A stretch of DNA of 62,405 nucleotides, the filler included, from Chiloscyllium plagiosum (Eukaryota), in assembly GCF_004010195.1 (NCBI RefSeq). It is 5 parts of one record of this genome, joined end to end, with 100 filler letters (N's around TTAATTAATTAA, not from the genome) between each part and the next. Parts side by side here need not be neighbours in the genome. Positions count along the whole stretch, not along the records: positions 44,709 to 54,189 come from NC_057717.1; positions 54,290 to 58,474 come from NC_057717.1; positions 58,575 to 62,405 come from NC_057717.1; 2 more parts are not named here. The stretch is one strand, 5' to 3'. The notes below the pieces were generated by a model. It worked only from the letters and a program-made list of their open reading frames with translations, was not told where the DNA came from and did not search any database. Within the stretch, counting starts at the first letter, position 1. The number at the start of each line of letters is the position of its first letter. The position numbers were made by a program, and so were the translations under genes. Of this stretch, positions 49,130 through 62,405 are shown piece after piece.

Positions 49130-52100
49130 ATATACAGAATAACAGATACCCAGGAGTTTGATACAGACTGGAATCTAATCAAAGGATTGAGGTGGCTAAT
49201 GTGCAGAGCCCCTTAAAAATGGATGTCAGTTACAGATTGGAATTTTATCAAGAAGTTTCGGGACAATAATGTGTAGAATAACAAACATCTCGGAGTGAGT
49301 TACAGACTGGAACCTCATTGAGGGGTTCAGGGAGGTTAGTATACAGAGTAACAGATATTCCAGGGTGTTTTATAGCCTGGAATCTAATCAACGGTTCAGG
49401 GTAGTTTATATGCAGATTAACAGACATCACGGACTGAGTTACAGAATGGAATATAATCGAGGGGTTCAGGGTTGTTCAGATATTGAATAACAGATACCCC
49501 GGAGTGTGTTACAGCCTGGAATCTAATCGCGGGGTTTAGGGTGGTTTATATACAGAATAACAGGTACCCTGCAGTGAGTTAAGGTATGGAACCTAATTGA
49601 GGGGTTCAGCCTTGTTTATATACAGAATAAAAGACAGCCCTGAGTGAGTTAAGGCCTGGAACCTAATCGAGGGGTTCAGTGTGGTTTATATGCAGAACAA
49701 CAGATAGCCCGGGGTGTGTTACAGCCTGGAATCTAATCGAGGGGTTCAGGGTGGTTTATGTTACAGAATAATAGATCACCCGATGTGAGTTACAGACTGG
49801 AATCTATTCGAGGGTTTCAGGGTGGTTTATATGCAGAATAACAAGTAGCCCGGAGTGAGTTATAGAGTCATAGAATCATAGAGATGTACAGCATGGAAAC
49901 ATGTCCAACCTGTCCATGCCGACCAGATATCCCAACCCAATCTAGTCCCACCTGCCAGCGCCCAGCCCATAACCCTCCAAACCCTTCCTATTCATATACC
50001 CATCCAAATGCCTCTTAAATGTTGCAATTGTACCAGCCTCCACCACTTCCTCTGGCAGCTCACTGCATGCACGTACCACCTTCTGCGTGAAAAGTTTGCC
50101 CCTTAGGTCTTTTTCATATCTTTCCCCTCTCAAACTAAACCTATGCCCTCTAGTTCTGGACTCCCTGAACCCATTTATCCTATCCTATCCATGCCACTCA
50201 ATTTTGTAAACCTCGGTAAAGTCGCCCTTCAACCTCCGACGCTCCAGGGAAAACAGCCCCAGCCATTTCAGCCTCTCCCTGTAGCTCAAATCATCCAACA
50301 CTGGCAACATCCTTGTAAATATTTTCTGAACCCTTTCAAGATTCACAACATCTTTCCGATAGGAAGGGGACCAGAATTGCATGCAATTTTCCAAGAGTGG
50401 CCTAACCAATGTCCTGTACAGACGCAACATGACCTCCCAACTCCTGTACTCGGTACTCTGACCAATAAAGGAAAGCATACAAAACGCCTTCCTCACTATC
50501 CTATCTACCTGCGACTCCGCTTTGAAGAAGCTATGAACCTGCACTCCAAAGTCTCTTTGTTCAGTAGCACACCCTAGGACCGTACCATTAAATGTAGAAG
50601 TCCTGCTAAGATTTGCTTTCCCAAAATGCAGCACTTCGCATTTATCTGAATTAAACTCCATCTGCCACTTCTCAGCCCATTGGCCCATCTGGTCCAGATC
50701 CGGTTGTAATCTGAGGAAACCCCCTTCTCTGTCCACTACACCTGCAATGTTTTTGTCATCTGCAAACTTACGAACTGTACCTCTTATGCTCGCATCCAAA
50801 TCATTTAAGTAAATGACAAAAATTAGAGGGCACAGCACCGATCCTTGTGGCATTCCACTGGTCACAGGCCTCCAGTCTGAAAAACAACCCTCCACCACCA
50901 CCCTCTGCCTTCTACCTTTGAGCCAGTTCTGCATCCAAATGACTACTTCTCCCTGTCTTCCATGAGATCTAACTTTGCCAATCAGTCTCCCATGCGGAAC
51001 CTTGTCGAGCGCCTTACTGAAGTCCATATGGATCACATCTACTGCTCTGCCCTTATCAATCTTCTTTGTTACTTCTTCAAAAAACTCAATCAAGGTTGTG
51101 AGAGATGATTTCCCACACACAAAGCCATGTTGACTATCTCGAATCAGTGCTTGCCTTTCCAAATTCATGTACATCCTGTCCCTCAGGATTCCCTCCAACA
51201 ACTTGCCCACCGCCGAGGTCAGGCTCACCGGTCTATAGTTCCCTGGCTTGTCTTTACCAACCTTCTTAAACAGAGTTTGCCAAGCTCCAGTCTTCCGCCA
51301 CCTCACCTGTGACTATCGATGATACAAATATCTCAGCAAGATGCCCAGCAATCACTTCTCTAGCTTCCCACGGAGTTTTCGGGTACACCTGATCAGGCCC
51401 TGGGGATTTATCCACCTTTAACAGTTTCAAGACATCCAGCACTTACTCCTCTGTGTATCTGGACATTTCGCAAGATGTCACCATCGATTTCCCTACAGTG
51501 TATATCTTCCATATCCTTTTCCACAATAAATACTGATGCAAAATATTCATTTAATATCTCCCCCATTTTCTGTGGCTCCACACAAAGGCCGCCTTGCTGA
51601 TCTTTGTGGGGCCCTATTATCTCCCTCGTTACCCTTTGTCCTTAATATCTTTGTAAAAACACTTTTGATTCTCCTTAATTCTATTTACCAAAACTATCTC
51701 ATGTCCGCGTCTTGCCCTCCTAATTTCCCTCTTAAGTATACTACAACTTCCTTTCTACTCTTCTAAGGATTCACTCGATCTATCCTGTCTCTACCTGACA
51801 TATGCTTCCGTCTTTTTCAGAAACAAACCCTCAATTTCTTTAGTCAGCCAGCATTCCCTTAAACTACCGGCCTTCCCTTTCAACCCTGACAGGAAGTTAC
51901 AGCCTGGAATCTAACTGCGGGTTTCAGGTTAGTTTGTATACAGAATAACAGATAGCCCGGAGTGAGTTACAGCCTGATATTGAATCGAGGTGTACAGGGT
52001 GGGTTATATACAGAATAAAAGATAGCCCAGAGTGAGTTACAACATGGAATCTAATCGAGGGGTTCAGGGAGGTTATTATAGAGAATAACAAATAGCCCGG

Positions 52101-54189
52101 GGTGTGTTACTACCTGGAATCTAATCAATGGGTTCAGGGTGGTTTACATAGTGAATAATAGATAGCCCGGAGTGAGTTACAGCCTGGAATCTAATCCTGG
52201 GGTTTAGAGTGATTTATATACGGAAAAACAGATACCCCGGTGTGAGATAAGGCATGGAATCTAATTGAAGGGATCAGTCTGGTTTATATACAAAATAACA
52301 GATAGTCCAGAGTGAGTTACAGACTGGAATCTAATCGAGGGGTTCAGGGAGGTTAGTATACAAAAAACAGATATTCTGGGGTGTGTTATTGCCTGGAGTC
52401 TAATCAGTGGTTCAGGGTGATTTATATACAGAATAACAGACAGCACGGAATGAGTTACACCCTGAAATATAATCGAGGGGTTCAGGGTTGTTTATATACA
52501 GAATAACAGATACCCTGGAGTGAGTTAAGGCATGGAATGTAATTGAGGGGTTCAGGCTGGTTTATATACAGAATAACAGACAGGCCGGAGTGAGTTAAGG
52601 CCTGGAGCCTAATTGAGGGGTTCAGGGTGGTTTATTTACAGAATAACAGATAGCCCGGGGCGTGTTACAGCCTGGAATCAAATTGAGGGATCCAGGGTGG
52701 TTTATGCTACAGAATAACAGATCACCCGGAGTGAGCTCCAGACTGGAATCTAATCGAGGGTTTCAGGGTGGTTCATATACAGAATAACAGATAGCCCGGA
52801 GTGAGTTACAGCCTGGAGTCGAATCGAGGTGTTCAGGGTGGGTTATATACAGAATAACAGATCGCCCAGAGTGAGTTGTAGCCTGGAATCTAATCGAGGG
52901 GTTCAGGGAGGTTAGTATAGTGAATAACAGATAGCCCGGGGTGTGTTACTACTTCGAATCTAATCATTGGGTTCAGGGTGGTTTACATACAGATTAACAG
53001 ATACCTCGGACTACGTTACAGCCTGGAATCTAATCGAGGGGTTCAGGGTTGTTTCTATCCAGAATAACAGATACTCCAGAGTGAGTTACAGCCTGGAATC
53101 TAATCGAGGGTTTCAGGGTGGTTCAGATATTGAATAACAGATAGCCCGGAGTGAGTTACAGCCTGGAATCTAATCGTGGGTTTTCAGGTGGTCTATATAC
53201 AGAATAACAGATACCCTGGAGCGAGTTAAGGCATGTAATCTAATTGATATATACACTGGTTTATATACTGAACAACAGATAGACCTGAGTAAGTTAAGGC
53301 CTGGAATCTAATCGAGGGGTTCAGGGTGGTTCATATACAGATTAACAGATGCCACAGAATGAGATACAGCCTGGAATCTAATCGAGGTGTTCAGGGTGCT
53401 TTATATACAGAATAACAGATAGCCCGGGGTGTGTTACAGTTTGGAATCTAATTGAGTGGTTCAGGGTGGTTTATCTTACAGAATGACTGATGCCCCGGAG
53501 TGCGTTACAGCCTGGAATCAAATCGAGGGATTCGGAGTGGTTTATATACAGAATAACAGGACCCTGGAGTGTGTTAAGGCATGGAATCCAATCGAGGGGT
53601 TCAGGGAGGTTAGTATAGAGAAAAACAGATAGCCCGGAGTGAGTTACAGCCTGGAATCGAATTGAGGGGTTCTGGGTGGTTTATGTTACAGAATAACAGA
53701 TCATCCGGAGTGAGCTCCAAACTGGAATCTAATCGAGGGTTTCAGGGTGGTTCATATACAGAATAACAGATAGCCCGGAGTGAGTTACAGCCTGGAATCG
53801 AAACGAGGTGTTCAGGGTGGGTTATATACAGAATAACAGATCGCCCAGAGTGGGTGCAGACTGGAATCTAATCGAGGGGTTCAGGGAGGTTAGTATAGAG
53901 AATAGCAGATAGCCCGGGGTGTGTTACTAACTGGAATCTAATCAATGGGTTCAGGGTGGTTTACATGCAGATTAACAGATACCTCGGATTTAGTTACAGC
54001 CTGGAATCTAATCGAGAGGTTCAGGGTTGTTTCTATCCAGAATAACAGATACTCCGGAGTGAGTTACAGCCTGGAATCTAATCGAGGGGTCCAGATGGTT
54101 TATATATACAATAATGGATACCTGGGAGTGAGTGACAGACTGGAATCTAATCGATAGGTTCAGATGGTTTATATACAGAATAATGGATA
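49130..54189. repeat. 70-bp satellite (about 10 copies left and 33 right of a CR1 insertion); runs into a gap
   Basis: cagaataacagatagcccggagtgagttacagcctggaatctaatcgaggggttcagggtggtttatata at 52499, 52569, 52639, 52710, 52780 and onward. Confidence 0.97.
49863..51894 (-). mobile_element. 5'-truncated, well-preserved CR1 LINE with a 373-aa open RT segment (50185-51306)
   Basis: GNYRPVSLTS, QHGF, DFSKALDKV, GMPQGSVL, FADD; (ctatgatt/ctatgact) tail; AGTTA at both junctions. Confidence 0.95.
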
Positions 54190-54289
54190 NNNNNNNNNNN
54201 NNNNNNNNNNNNNNNNNNNNNNNNNNNNNNNNNTTAATTAATTAANNNNNNNNNNNNNNNNNNNNNNNNNNNNNNNNNNNNNNNNNNNN

Positions 54290-54718
54290 CTTTATTTTCT
54301 ATAATACAGGAGGAAGCAGTGACGCTGCTCCAGCTCCTTTATTTTCTATAATACAGAAGGAAGCAGAGACGCTGCTTCAGCCCCTTTATTTTCTATAATA
54401 CAGGAGGAAGCAGTGACGCTGCTCCAGCTCCTTTATTTTCTATAGTAAGGGAGTAAGCAGAGACGCTGCTCCAGCTCCTTTGTTTTGTATAATACTGGAG
54501 GAAGTAGAGACACTCCTCCAGGTCCTTTATTTTCTATGATGCAGGAGGAAGCAGTGACTCTGCTCCAGCTCCTTTATTTTCTTTAACACTGGAGGAAGCA
54601 GTGAAGCTGCTCCAGCTGCTTTATTTTCTATAATACAGGAGGAAGCAGTGACACTCTCCAGGTCCTTTATTTTTTATAATACAGGAGGAAGTAGAGAAGC
54701 TGCTCCAGCTCCTTTATT
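54290..54718. repeat. 47-bp minisatellite, about 9 copies
   Basis: ctttattttctataatacaggaggaagcagtgacgctgctccagctc with period 47. Confidence 0.95.
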
Positions 54719-54920
54719 TGGTGTAAATAATAAGTGGGTCTGTTCCATGCTGTACCTCTCTAAGACTGTACTTAAAAGGCATCTCGATGGGATGGAGACA
54801 GGGAGGGTTTGGAGGGGTAAGTTACAAATGTTGGCAAATATAGCTAGATTAATTTCTGTTATCTGTTCAGCAGAGATGAGCGGGAATGGAGGGTCTGTTT
54901 CTGTGCTCGGCACCTCCAAA

Positions 54921-54996
54921 ATCCTGATGAAGGACTTTTGCCCGAAACGTCGGATGCTGCCTGACCTGATGTGCTTTTCCAGCATCACTCTGATCT
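54921..54996 (+). mobile_element. Penelope-like terminal repeat fragment with an intact hammerhead core
   Basis: CTGATGA (54924-54930) a ggac tttt gccc GAAAC GTC, then gatgctgcctgacctg.tgtgcttttccagc. Confidence 0.65.
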
Positions 54997-55944
54997 AAGC
55001 TCTGAAATGCACTCTTTCAGAATTCCATCAACCTCATACCATGTACTTCTCAAGCAGGTTACTTCTACTGCCTACCAAAGGTACACAAAGCCAACACAGC
55101 AGGATGTCCCACCATATTAGGCAATGGGACCCGATGTGTGAACCTCACAGCCAATGTCAAATGCATCTTGAAAGCCATGAGGCCGGGTACCCCCAGCTTG
55201 TGCCACGAGAGAACATTGGGACACAGGCAGATTTCAACCTCACACTTTCAAGGCTGAATCTGAGCTGCGGTGGCACCTATTGTTAAAGATTTACCTGAGA
55301 ATTTAGCTATTTTTACATACTGTTTACATTTGAAAGAATAAAATCGAACATGGTATTTCTAAAAGGATACAGACTGAGCAGACAATACACTTTTATTTTT
55401 AAATACGTCATTTCAGTGGCATCGCCCTGTAATCTTTTACTATAAATTCTGTGTCGTATGATGTTATGCTCCACAACGCTCCTAAAGCTAGTACTATCAA
55501 ATAAACCTGTTAGACTATAACCTGATGTTGTGTGATTATTTAATTTTGTCCACCCTAGTCCAACACCGGCACCTCCAAATCTTTACTACATATTGTTTAC
55601 ACTAACTCACACGCAGTTCAGGTCATTTTAGCGCAATGAACCTTAACCTCTTTTTGTGAGGTTCCCTGTGTATATTAACACAGTTAATGGGCCCCGAGAG
55701 GATGAATATACTCTCTTTATCCTGTCAGTTTAAACAGTTGAACATATCAGTTTGAAGCCATTGGAAGAGGAGATTGTCTTTTTCTGTACAATTTCAGTGC
55801 AGAACGTTCAGCCATAAACTGTCTTTGCAAAAGTCGGGGTTGAATGCAATTCTCACTGAGCAACATTAATACAGCAAAAACACAACTCCGAGTTACTGTT
55901 ATCAATTGGTTAAGGAACTGGGATGAGAAAACCACTTGCGGTGT

Positions 55945-56018
55945 GGTGCCGTGGCGCAGTTTGTTAACTTGCCAACATCATAAACAGCCCACCAAGATTT
56001 CACATCGTCGTGGTGACT
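55945..56018 (+). pseudogene. Degenerate tRNA-Thr-like remnant
   Basis: Ungapped 74-nt match (about 60% by eye) to GGCGCCGTGGCTTAGTTGGTTAAAGCGCC..TAAACAG..GCGGTGCCT; TTTT shortly downstream. Confidence 0.5.
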
Positions 56019-58016
56019 ATGTATTTTACCAAATGCATGGTTGTTTCAAAATCTCCCAAGTCAGTGTTGCTCATCAGTCAACCATGCGTCCTGTTTGAGT
56101 GTGAGCCTGTTTTGGTGAACCTGATCTGCTCCCTGGTTTAGATCCTCCAGTGGATATTGTTTCTTCCGAACTATTAATTCCATCTGGAGTTTCCTTTTTG
56201 TGTTTGACAAGAACCTCTGCTTCTACTCCTCCTTTATAACGCCTCGTTCATTTCCAGTTTGTTGGGAATAACGAGGTGAGCCAGGAGACATGGCAGACTT
56301 GCTGGCGAATGTTGCAGTGATGGCGCAGACACCAAGAGCTGTTCACCCTAATTCTCTGCTGTCAACATTCATTCATTCCACACCAACAGGAAATACTTCA
56401 TTGCACTCCTGTCGTTCTGGTTTGCATTGTGATTGCGGTGTCTTTTCTTGTTATGAAATCTATTTAGAACTTGAAAGGATCATAATATTTGAGGAGGGAA
56501 TGACTCCTCACCTCAGGGATAAGTGCCAGACACATTATTCGGAGAATATGAGCCCAATCCCACACGTGCTACCGAGGGAGCAGAAAGCCTGTTAGCTGGT
56601 CCACTCTCAATTTGTCTCCGAATGTCAGGCTTTTCAAAGAGCAGAAATGGGAAATGAGGAATATGGGAAGACCGAGAGTCCGAGAATGTGAAAGAGGGTC
56701 AGGTGTATGCACATAGAAAGAAAGAAATATGGAGACGCAGATTGAGGGAGACACTGAAAGAACCAATTCTCCAATCGACATGTCTGCTGACTGACTGAAA
56801 AACAAGGGAACTATTCAGCACAGCCTTTCACTAGCTCCGGGCAACGGAAGGCTTCTTACAGCCAACAAAGTCATTTTGAATTTTCAGCATTGACAGTTGT
56901 AAGCTAATGAAAGATTTTGGTAAATATCCTGACAGGGAAAACTGATCATTTCACCGAAAATATAATACAGAAATGTCGAAGTAACCTCGCTCTGCCGATA
57001 TGAAGCATTAACTCTGTTTCTCTCCACTGTCCTACTGAGTTTTTCTATCAAATCTTGATTTTTGTTCAGATTTCAAACATCTGCAGTCCTTTGTTTCATG
57101 TTATTCTTAACAACGTTTGAGAAAAAAACCAATGACCTGACGGCTTCAGAAAATCGATCAGAAATACTGTTAGCAAGACATCCTTGCAGAACTCATCGCC
57201 CAATCCCTGACCAGGAATCACCCTTTCCCCTTCAGAGAGTGCACCAACTCCTAACTGTGAGATTAAAAGGGAAGGCGACAGAAGATGTCGCATTTATTCT
57301 CAATGAAACCACTTATGCGTTTCATTTTGGATCATTTTCACTGCATATCAGTTTCACGTTGCCATCGAGGTTTTTTTTACACAATAGGAAAATACCATTC
57401 GGCCCATCGTGCAGTATGGTTCATCAGATAGCCATCTGTTTTCGGTCCAGTGTACAGTTTTGGCAAGATACCTTGTGTGTTCTGATGTTTTCAACGCAAA
57501 ATTCAGAAAAGGTTATCCCTGTGATCTTAAATCAGACAACAATGGGAGTGAGTTAAACACCGTCATACTAAAGTGAAAATCCGTCGAGCAACCCATTCAC
57601 ATTTTCACCCATAAAGTGAGTCACAGACACACATGCTCGGAGGTGGTGGCGGTTCGTGGCGGCAGGTGGAGGGACGGAGGATGTGGGCAGACGTTTCTGG
57701 ATTATACCAGCTCCTTTTGCTTCAGTTCCGCTCTCCACCTACTGAAGACCACCCCCACCCCCACCACCACCCCCCCCCCCTCCCACACACACACGCACGT
57801 TTCTCTGATTAAAGGCAGCTTTAGCTGCAAGTAAAGCCAGTTTTCCAGACAATGAGAGACGTTACGATGAGCTGGAATTTAAAATGGACAATTGCCTCAC
57901 ATGCAACTTTCAAATTTGAAAACACACTGATCCGAAGTCTGCAGCTCCTCAAAATCTGTCGCACATTGAGGTGCATTACTAACAAATTCGAGACCCACTG
58001 ATCCAATCCCTGCAGT

Positions 58017-58474
58017 ACATAGAACATAGAAGAATACAGCGCAGTACAGGCCCTTCGGCCCTCGATGTTGCGCCGATCCAAGCCCACCTAACCTACACTA
58101 GCCCACTATCCTCCATATGCCTATCCAATGCCCGCTTAAATGCCCATAAAGAGGGAGAGTCCACCACTGCTACTGCAGGGCATTCCATGAACTCACGACC
58201 CGCTGAGTAAAGAACCTACCCCTAACATCTGCCCTTTACCTACCACCCCTTAATTTAAAGCTATGACCCCTTGTAATAGCTGACTCCATACGTGGAAAAA
58301 CATTCTCACTGTCTACCCTATCTAAACCCCTAATCATCTTATACACCTCTATCAAGTCACCCCTAAACCTTCTTTTCTCCAATAAAAACAACCCAAAGTG
58401 CCTCAGCCTTTCCTCATACGACCTTTCTACCATACCAGGCAACATCCTGGTAAACCTCCTCCGCACCCGTTCCA
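58017..58474 (-). mobile_element. Young CR1 3' end
   Basis: RRFTRMLPGM..RGDLIEVYKMIRGLDRV..TRGHSFKLRG; (ctatgtt)n tail. Confidence 0.92.
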
Positions 58475-60068
58475 NNNNNNNNNNNNNNNNNNNNNNNNNN
58501 NNNNNNNNNNNNNNNNNNTTAATTAATTAANNNNNNNNNNNNNNNNNNNNNNNNNNNNNNNNNNNNNNNNNNNNGTCAGCCAGTGAATATATCGGAGGAG
58601 TGCACTCCGGTGATGATGGATATGTTACTCCTGAGTGGAAAGTTCCAGAATTAATCCAGTTTAATTCATGGTGAGCATCAGAACAGTCCTGTCACAGGTG
58701 TGAGGCTACACAGTATACTGAAGGAGGGGACATAGCTCAGTGACCACCTCAAGTTTGAAACAAACTGGCTTCATACCTGGCACCTGGTCCAGCTTAGACA
58801 AATGTCCCGGGAAATCCCAGGAGAGATAATATACTGTCCTGCACCTCCCTATTTATAGAGCTTCCCTTCTGTGGAGCCTCATCTCCATTTGTTTACCATG
58901 GACCCAGACACTCTGTAAATGCAGTGTATAGAGTGGGGTCACCAGACCCCGCAGCTGACAATATAAACCCGAGATAAGCATCTACAGAAACTCCACTGAT
59001 TTTCCAATGACAGGAACAAGTCAATTCCCCACACGGAACGTGCACACGCTCAGTGCTGAAAACTATTTCCACTCCTGAGTTTCTCTTCCTGGCTGAGAAA
59101 GCCGTTGCATCTCTGCACACTCCCACTGTAACTGTTCCTCTCACCAAAGAAGCAGTTGACAATGTAACATTACCTTTCTCTGTATCTCAGCAACTATAAG
59201 GGCAGCACCAGTATTGCTAATGGATTTGATCATCACACTCAGAGAAGAGACATACAGGGAACCTAACTCACTTTAATCAGGGACAAATCTAAATGGACGT
59301 GATATACAGGAATATGGGAAATGGGGAAATGTGAGAATAACTTGCCATTTTGTTTTCGTTTCAGTTCTTCATCAGCAATCCCATTGCTGACTTTTCATTT
59401 CTTTTCCTCTCTTTTTCTGGCCATTTCTCCATCCATTCAATTTAAACCCAGCCCCCACCTCTCTCTCCAACCCAACCATCCATGATACCTGGATAAATAA
59501 TATTATTTCCCAGTTTGCTTTCAGTTGTGAAGCACGGTCAAACCGTTATCTGCATTTCTCCTGACAGAGGCTGCCATACCTGCGAGATTCTCCAACACTT
59601 TCAGACGCTGGAGGATTTTATTTTCGATCTCTAGCACCAATCGTTCTTTGATTTATTTCACCTTTAATGTTGTTGTTTCACGGGATGCCAGCATCACGGG
59701 CAAGGGCAGCATTTGTTGCCCATCATTAATTGTCCTTGACTACGCGGCCATTTGTCAAGACAAAATGGAGCCAACAATGTTGCTGTGGGTCTGAAGTTAC
59801 ACTGAGCTCAGATTGGGTAATAATGTTAAGTGTCTTTACCAAAGACTATCAGTAAAATAATAAAAATAAATCTTAACGGTTTCTGGTTTCCATGAATGAA
59901 ATTAGGTTTTATTCCAATTTTTGTCATTCGAATTTAAGCTCTGACATCGGCTGTGGTAGGATGTTAAACACTATCTTGGGGTCACAGCCCGTGCCTCTGA
60001 ATTACCCATATAGTAACATGATCACTCTGATACAGAGCCCTTATTGCCTAGTCCGTATTCTCTAGCCC

Positions 60069-60831
60069 CTGCCAGAGAGAGATGATGGTGAAATCAGTTT
60101 AACTGCCAACAATCAATAGGATTTTGGGAAAAAAGCGAAAGGGAGATTGAGAGACAATTTCATGTAAGATCACAGGTTTCAGAATGCCTAAATGAAGGCA
60201 TTTCGACAGCATCCTATAACATGAGCCAGTATTCCCAGGATGATAGGTGAAAGGGATTTTGGCGTCAATAAAGATGAGGGAGAGTTTTAGATGAAAATTT
60301 GTTCTGCAACTTTGTAACTGGGTGTGGGGTCAGCAGAGACTTCGACTCATTGGGCTGAATCTAACAATAGTTTGTCTCAGTGACATTTTTACTGAGTGTG
60401 ACAGAGGGATTGTCTGTCCGAGACTGAACTAGTTTCATGGTGCTATCTTATCGTACTCACCACATTAACTACCCACTCAATCTCATCGTGTTCCTCTCAT
60501 TCAATGCCACCCCAGTTCTCCAACCCAACATGGCTGGAGGGACTCACCATCGCACTCATATCCCTGGATATTCTATGATCACTGACACTGGTGCCATCTT
60601 TCAAAGGCCAATGGGCACACTGTTATACTTCATTAGTTTGGAGCCACCCTGCACAGTTGACCCCGAGCATGGCAGATAAGGGGAACTAACACCACGATAT
60701 TTCAACAGGGACACAGAGGTCCTAGTCAATGGGCTAGTATAGGGGGTTCATTATCTTCGCAGAGGAGATCCCACCACCAGCCGCACCAAGCATGGCCTGA
60801 GCTACCACCCAGCTCACTGCAGTATCTGCGG

Positions 60832-60834
<3 letters not shown>
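60069..60834 (+). repeat. Unclassified dispersed module, copy C
   Basis: Collinear with 11753-11975 and 22153-22865. Confidence 0.85.
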
Positions 60835-60862
<28 letters not shown>

Positions 60863-61204
60863 TACACAGACACGCACGCACATAAATTCCAGATTTTGTT
60901 CCAAAGAAGTCCCATTTTCAAGTACACGAACTTACAGTATTTCAACCCCCTGGGTTCCTGCAAAAATATGCACTTATTTATATCCAATCACAATCAGTAA
61001 TTCTGGCTATTTCATTTTGTCTCACTTTATTATATTCAGCCAAACAATGCTTCGAAGCACTTGTCCCGTTATGAAATACAATTTTGAGCAGACAACCTTT
61101 TATCCTCAGTTGTTATCTTGACCGTTATCTGAATTGTACCATTTTCCGTGTTATGAAAGTTTCTCTTGCCCTTTGCCTGTGCCTGTTTCTGTTTGTAGCA
61201 GTTA

Positions 61205-61497
61205 CACAGTCTCCACTCAGTTGGCTGGACGGCAGGATTGTGATGCAGAGGGAGGCCAGCAGCGCAGGTTCAATTCCCCCACACTGACAGTGGATACTAT
61301 GAAGGGGACGTTCTCTCAAAAATGGGCAATCTAGCATGGTCAATCCACTGTAAGCTGCACATCTGTGTACTCTGGGAGGAAACTGGAGCATTGGGAGGGA
61401 ACCCACACAAATACGTGGAGAATGTTCAAACTCACTTGAGTTTGGAAGTGAACGCAGTTCCTTGGTGATGTGAGGCAGCAGAGCTAACCACATATCC
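61205..61497. mobile_element. tRNA-derived SINE head (+, 61205-61310) abutting an HE1/V-SINE-like fragment (-, 61322-61497)
   Basis: ctcagttggctggacggc..gcaggttcaattccc; tagcatggtcaatccac..gggaggaaactggagca..gagaatgttcaaactc. Confidence 0.6.
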
Positions 61498-62405
61498 ATC
61501 ATACTCTTCAGTTAGTTCTGTTAGTTACTTGTAGCTGACTAAAGAAATCCAACTGACTTGTTCTGATAACTGAACCTGACAGAATCTTAGACTTTTATCA
61601 TCGGCCATATCGCCAACCTGGTTACATTTAAAATTTGTTGTGAGCAGTGGAGGAGTGGGATTAGAAATGGAAATAGTGACAACCTCCAACCTCAGTCAGA
61701 CCCGCAGTGAGGAGAAAGTCACAAAGTGGGAATTCATTCAAGTGGGAATTCTCTCACCCAGACGTTTGGGAGAGTTGAATCTTCATATTATATCGAGGCT
61801 GGCTTTGTCTGATTTTCCATAGATAGGTGAATCAGGCATCATTGTGAAATCAGAGAAAAGTGCAGCTGGGAACACAATGACATGAGCCATGACCTTATTT
61901 ACTGGTGCAATAGTGTCAAAGTGCCGAATGGCCCAGTTGTGTCTATCAGCCCTATGTTCTGATGTTTCATTCAGCCCTTCGATCCTGCTGTACAGGACCA
62001 TATTGAGGCCACACCAATGGTTTGGTGTAGTTTGGCAAATGCATTGGAAAGTCCAGGCTGGGTAAGGAAGTGAGCCCCACTACATCCCTCTATCCAGACT
62101 TCCCCTCTCTTAACTTCTGCTCCTGGTGTCGGTCATGTTACAGGCCCAGATTCGCCTTGAATACAGCCCCCATGCCCCACACAAGGTCAACTCAGACAAA
62201 TTCTCTGCTGTCTCTGAATGAAACATTTTACATCATGACTTCCAGGAAAATAATCAAAGTATTTTCTAAAAAACATAAATAAGAACGTAAGAAATAGGAA
62301 CAGGAGCAGGCTATTCTGCCCCTTAGACCTGCGCTGTCATTCAATAAGAACATGGCTGATCTACTCCACAGTTCAACTCCACTTTCCTACTAACCGTTTG
62401 CATCC

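Noticed and set aside
49130..54718. Regular arrays as possible CRISPR loci
   Set aside because: Contiguous tandem monomers with no unique spacers, no cas genes and a eukaryotic context
58575..59300. Possible minus-strand exons, TATA box and a YWC motif
   Set aside because: No consistent open frame or recognisable domain; isolated splice motifs are expected by chance

Overview
Repeat-rich, gene-poor vertebrate DNA, inferred to be from a shark (cartilaginous fish) because of HE1/V-SINE-like elements, CR1-clade LINEs, a GPR139/142-like GPCR and C2H2-ZNF remnants. It is a draft assembly with N gaps and four artificial 100-nt spacers containing TTAATTAATTAA. I see no intact protein-coding gene. 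Pseudogenes: a GPCR exon with an in-frame stop (9.2-9.6 kb), a frameshifted C2H2 zinc-finger gene (37.2-37.9 kb) and a decayed set of about 7 tRNA genes (Ser, iMet, Asp, His, Ile with intron, Pro, Thr). Mobile elements: many CR1 fragments and SINEs, plus a Penelope-like element with an inverted terminal repeat, a TSD and a hammerhead-ribozyme fold; related hammerhead-core elements occur elsewhere. Tandem repeats have 40, 47, 65 and 70 bp units, and the 70-bp satellite shows higher-order structure and is split by a CR1 insertion. Several unannotated sequence modules recur 2-4 times, so the window is a mosaic of old duplications. All identifications were made by eye, family names need database confirmation, and TE boundaries are approximate. 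I found no convincing evidence of a wholly new system; the best leads are the hammerhead-bearing elements, the four-copy module and the decayed tRNA cluster.
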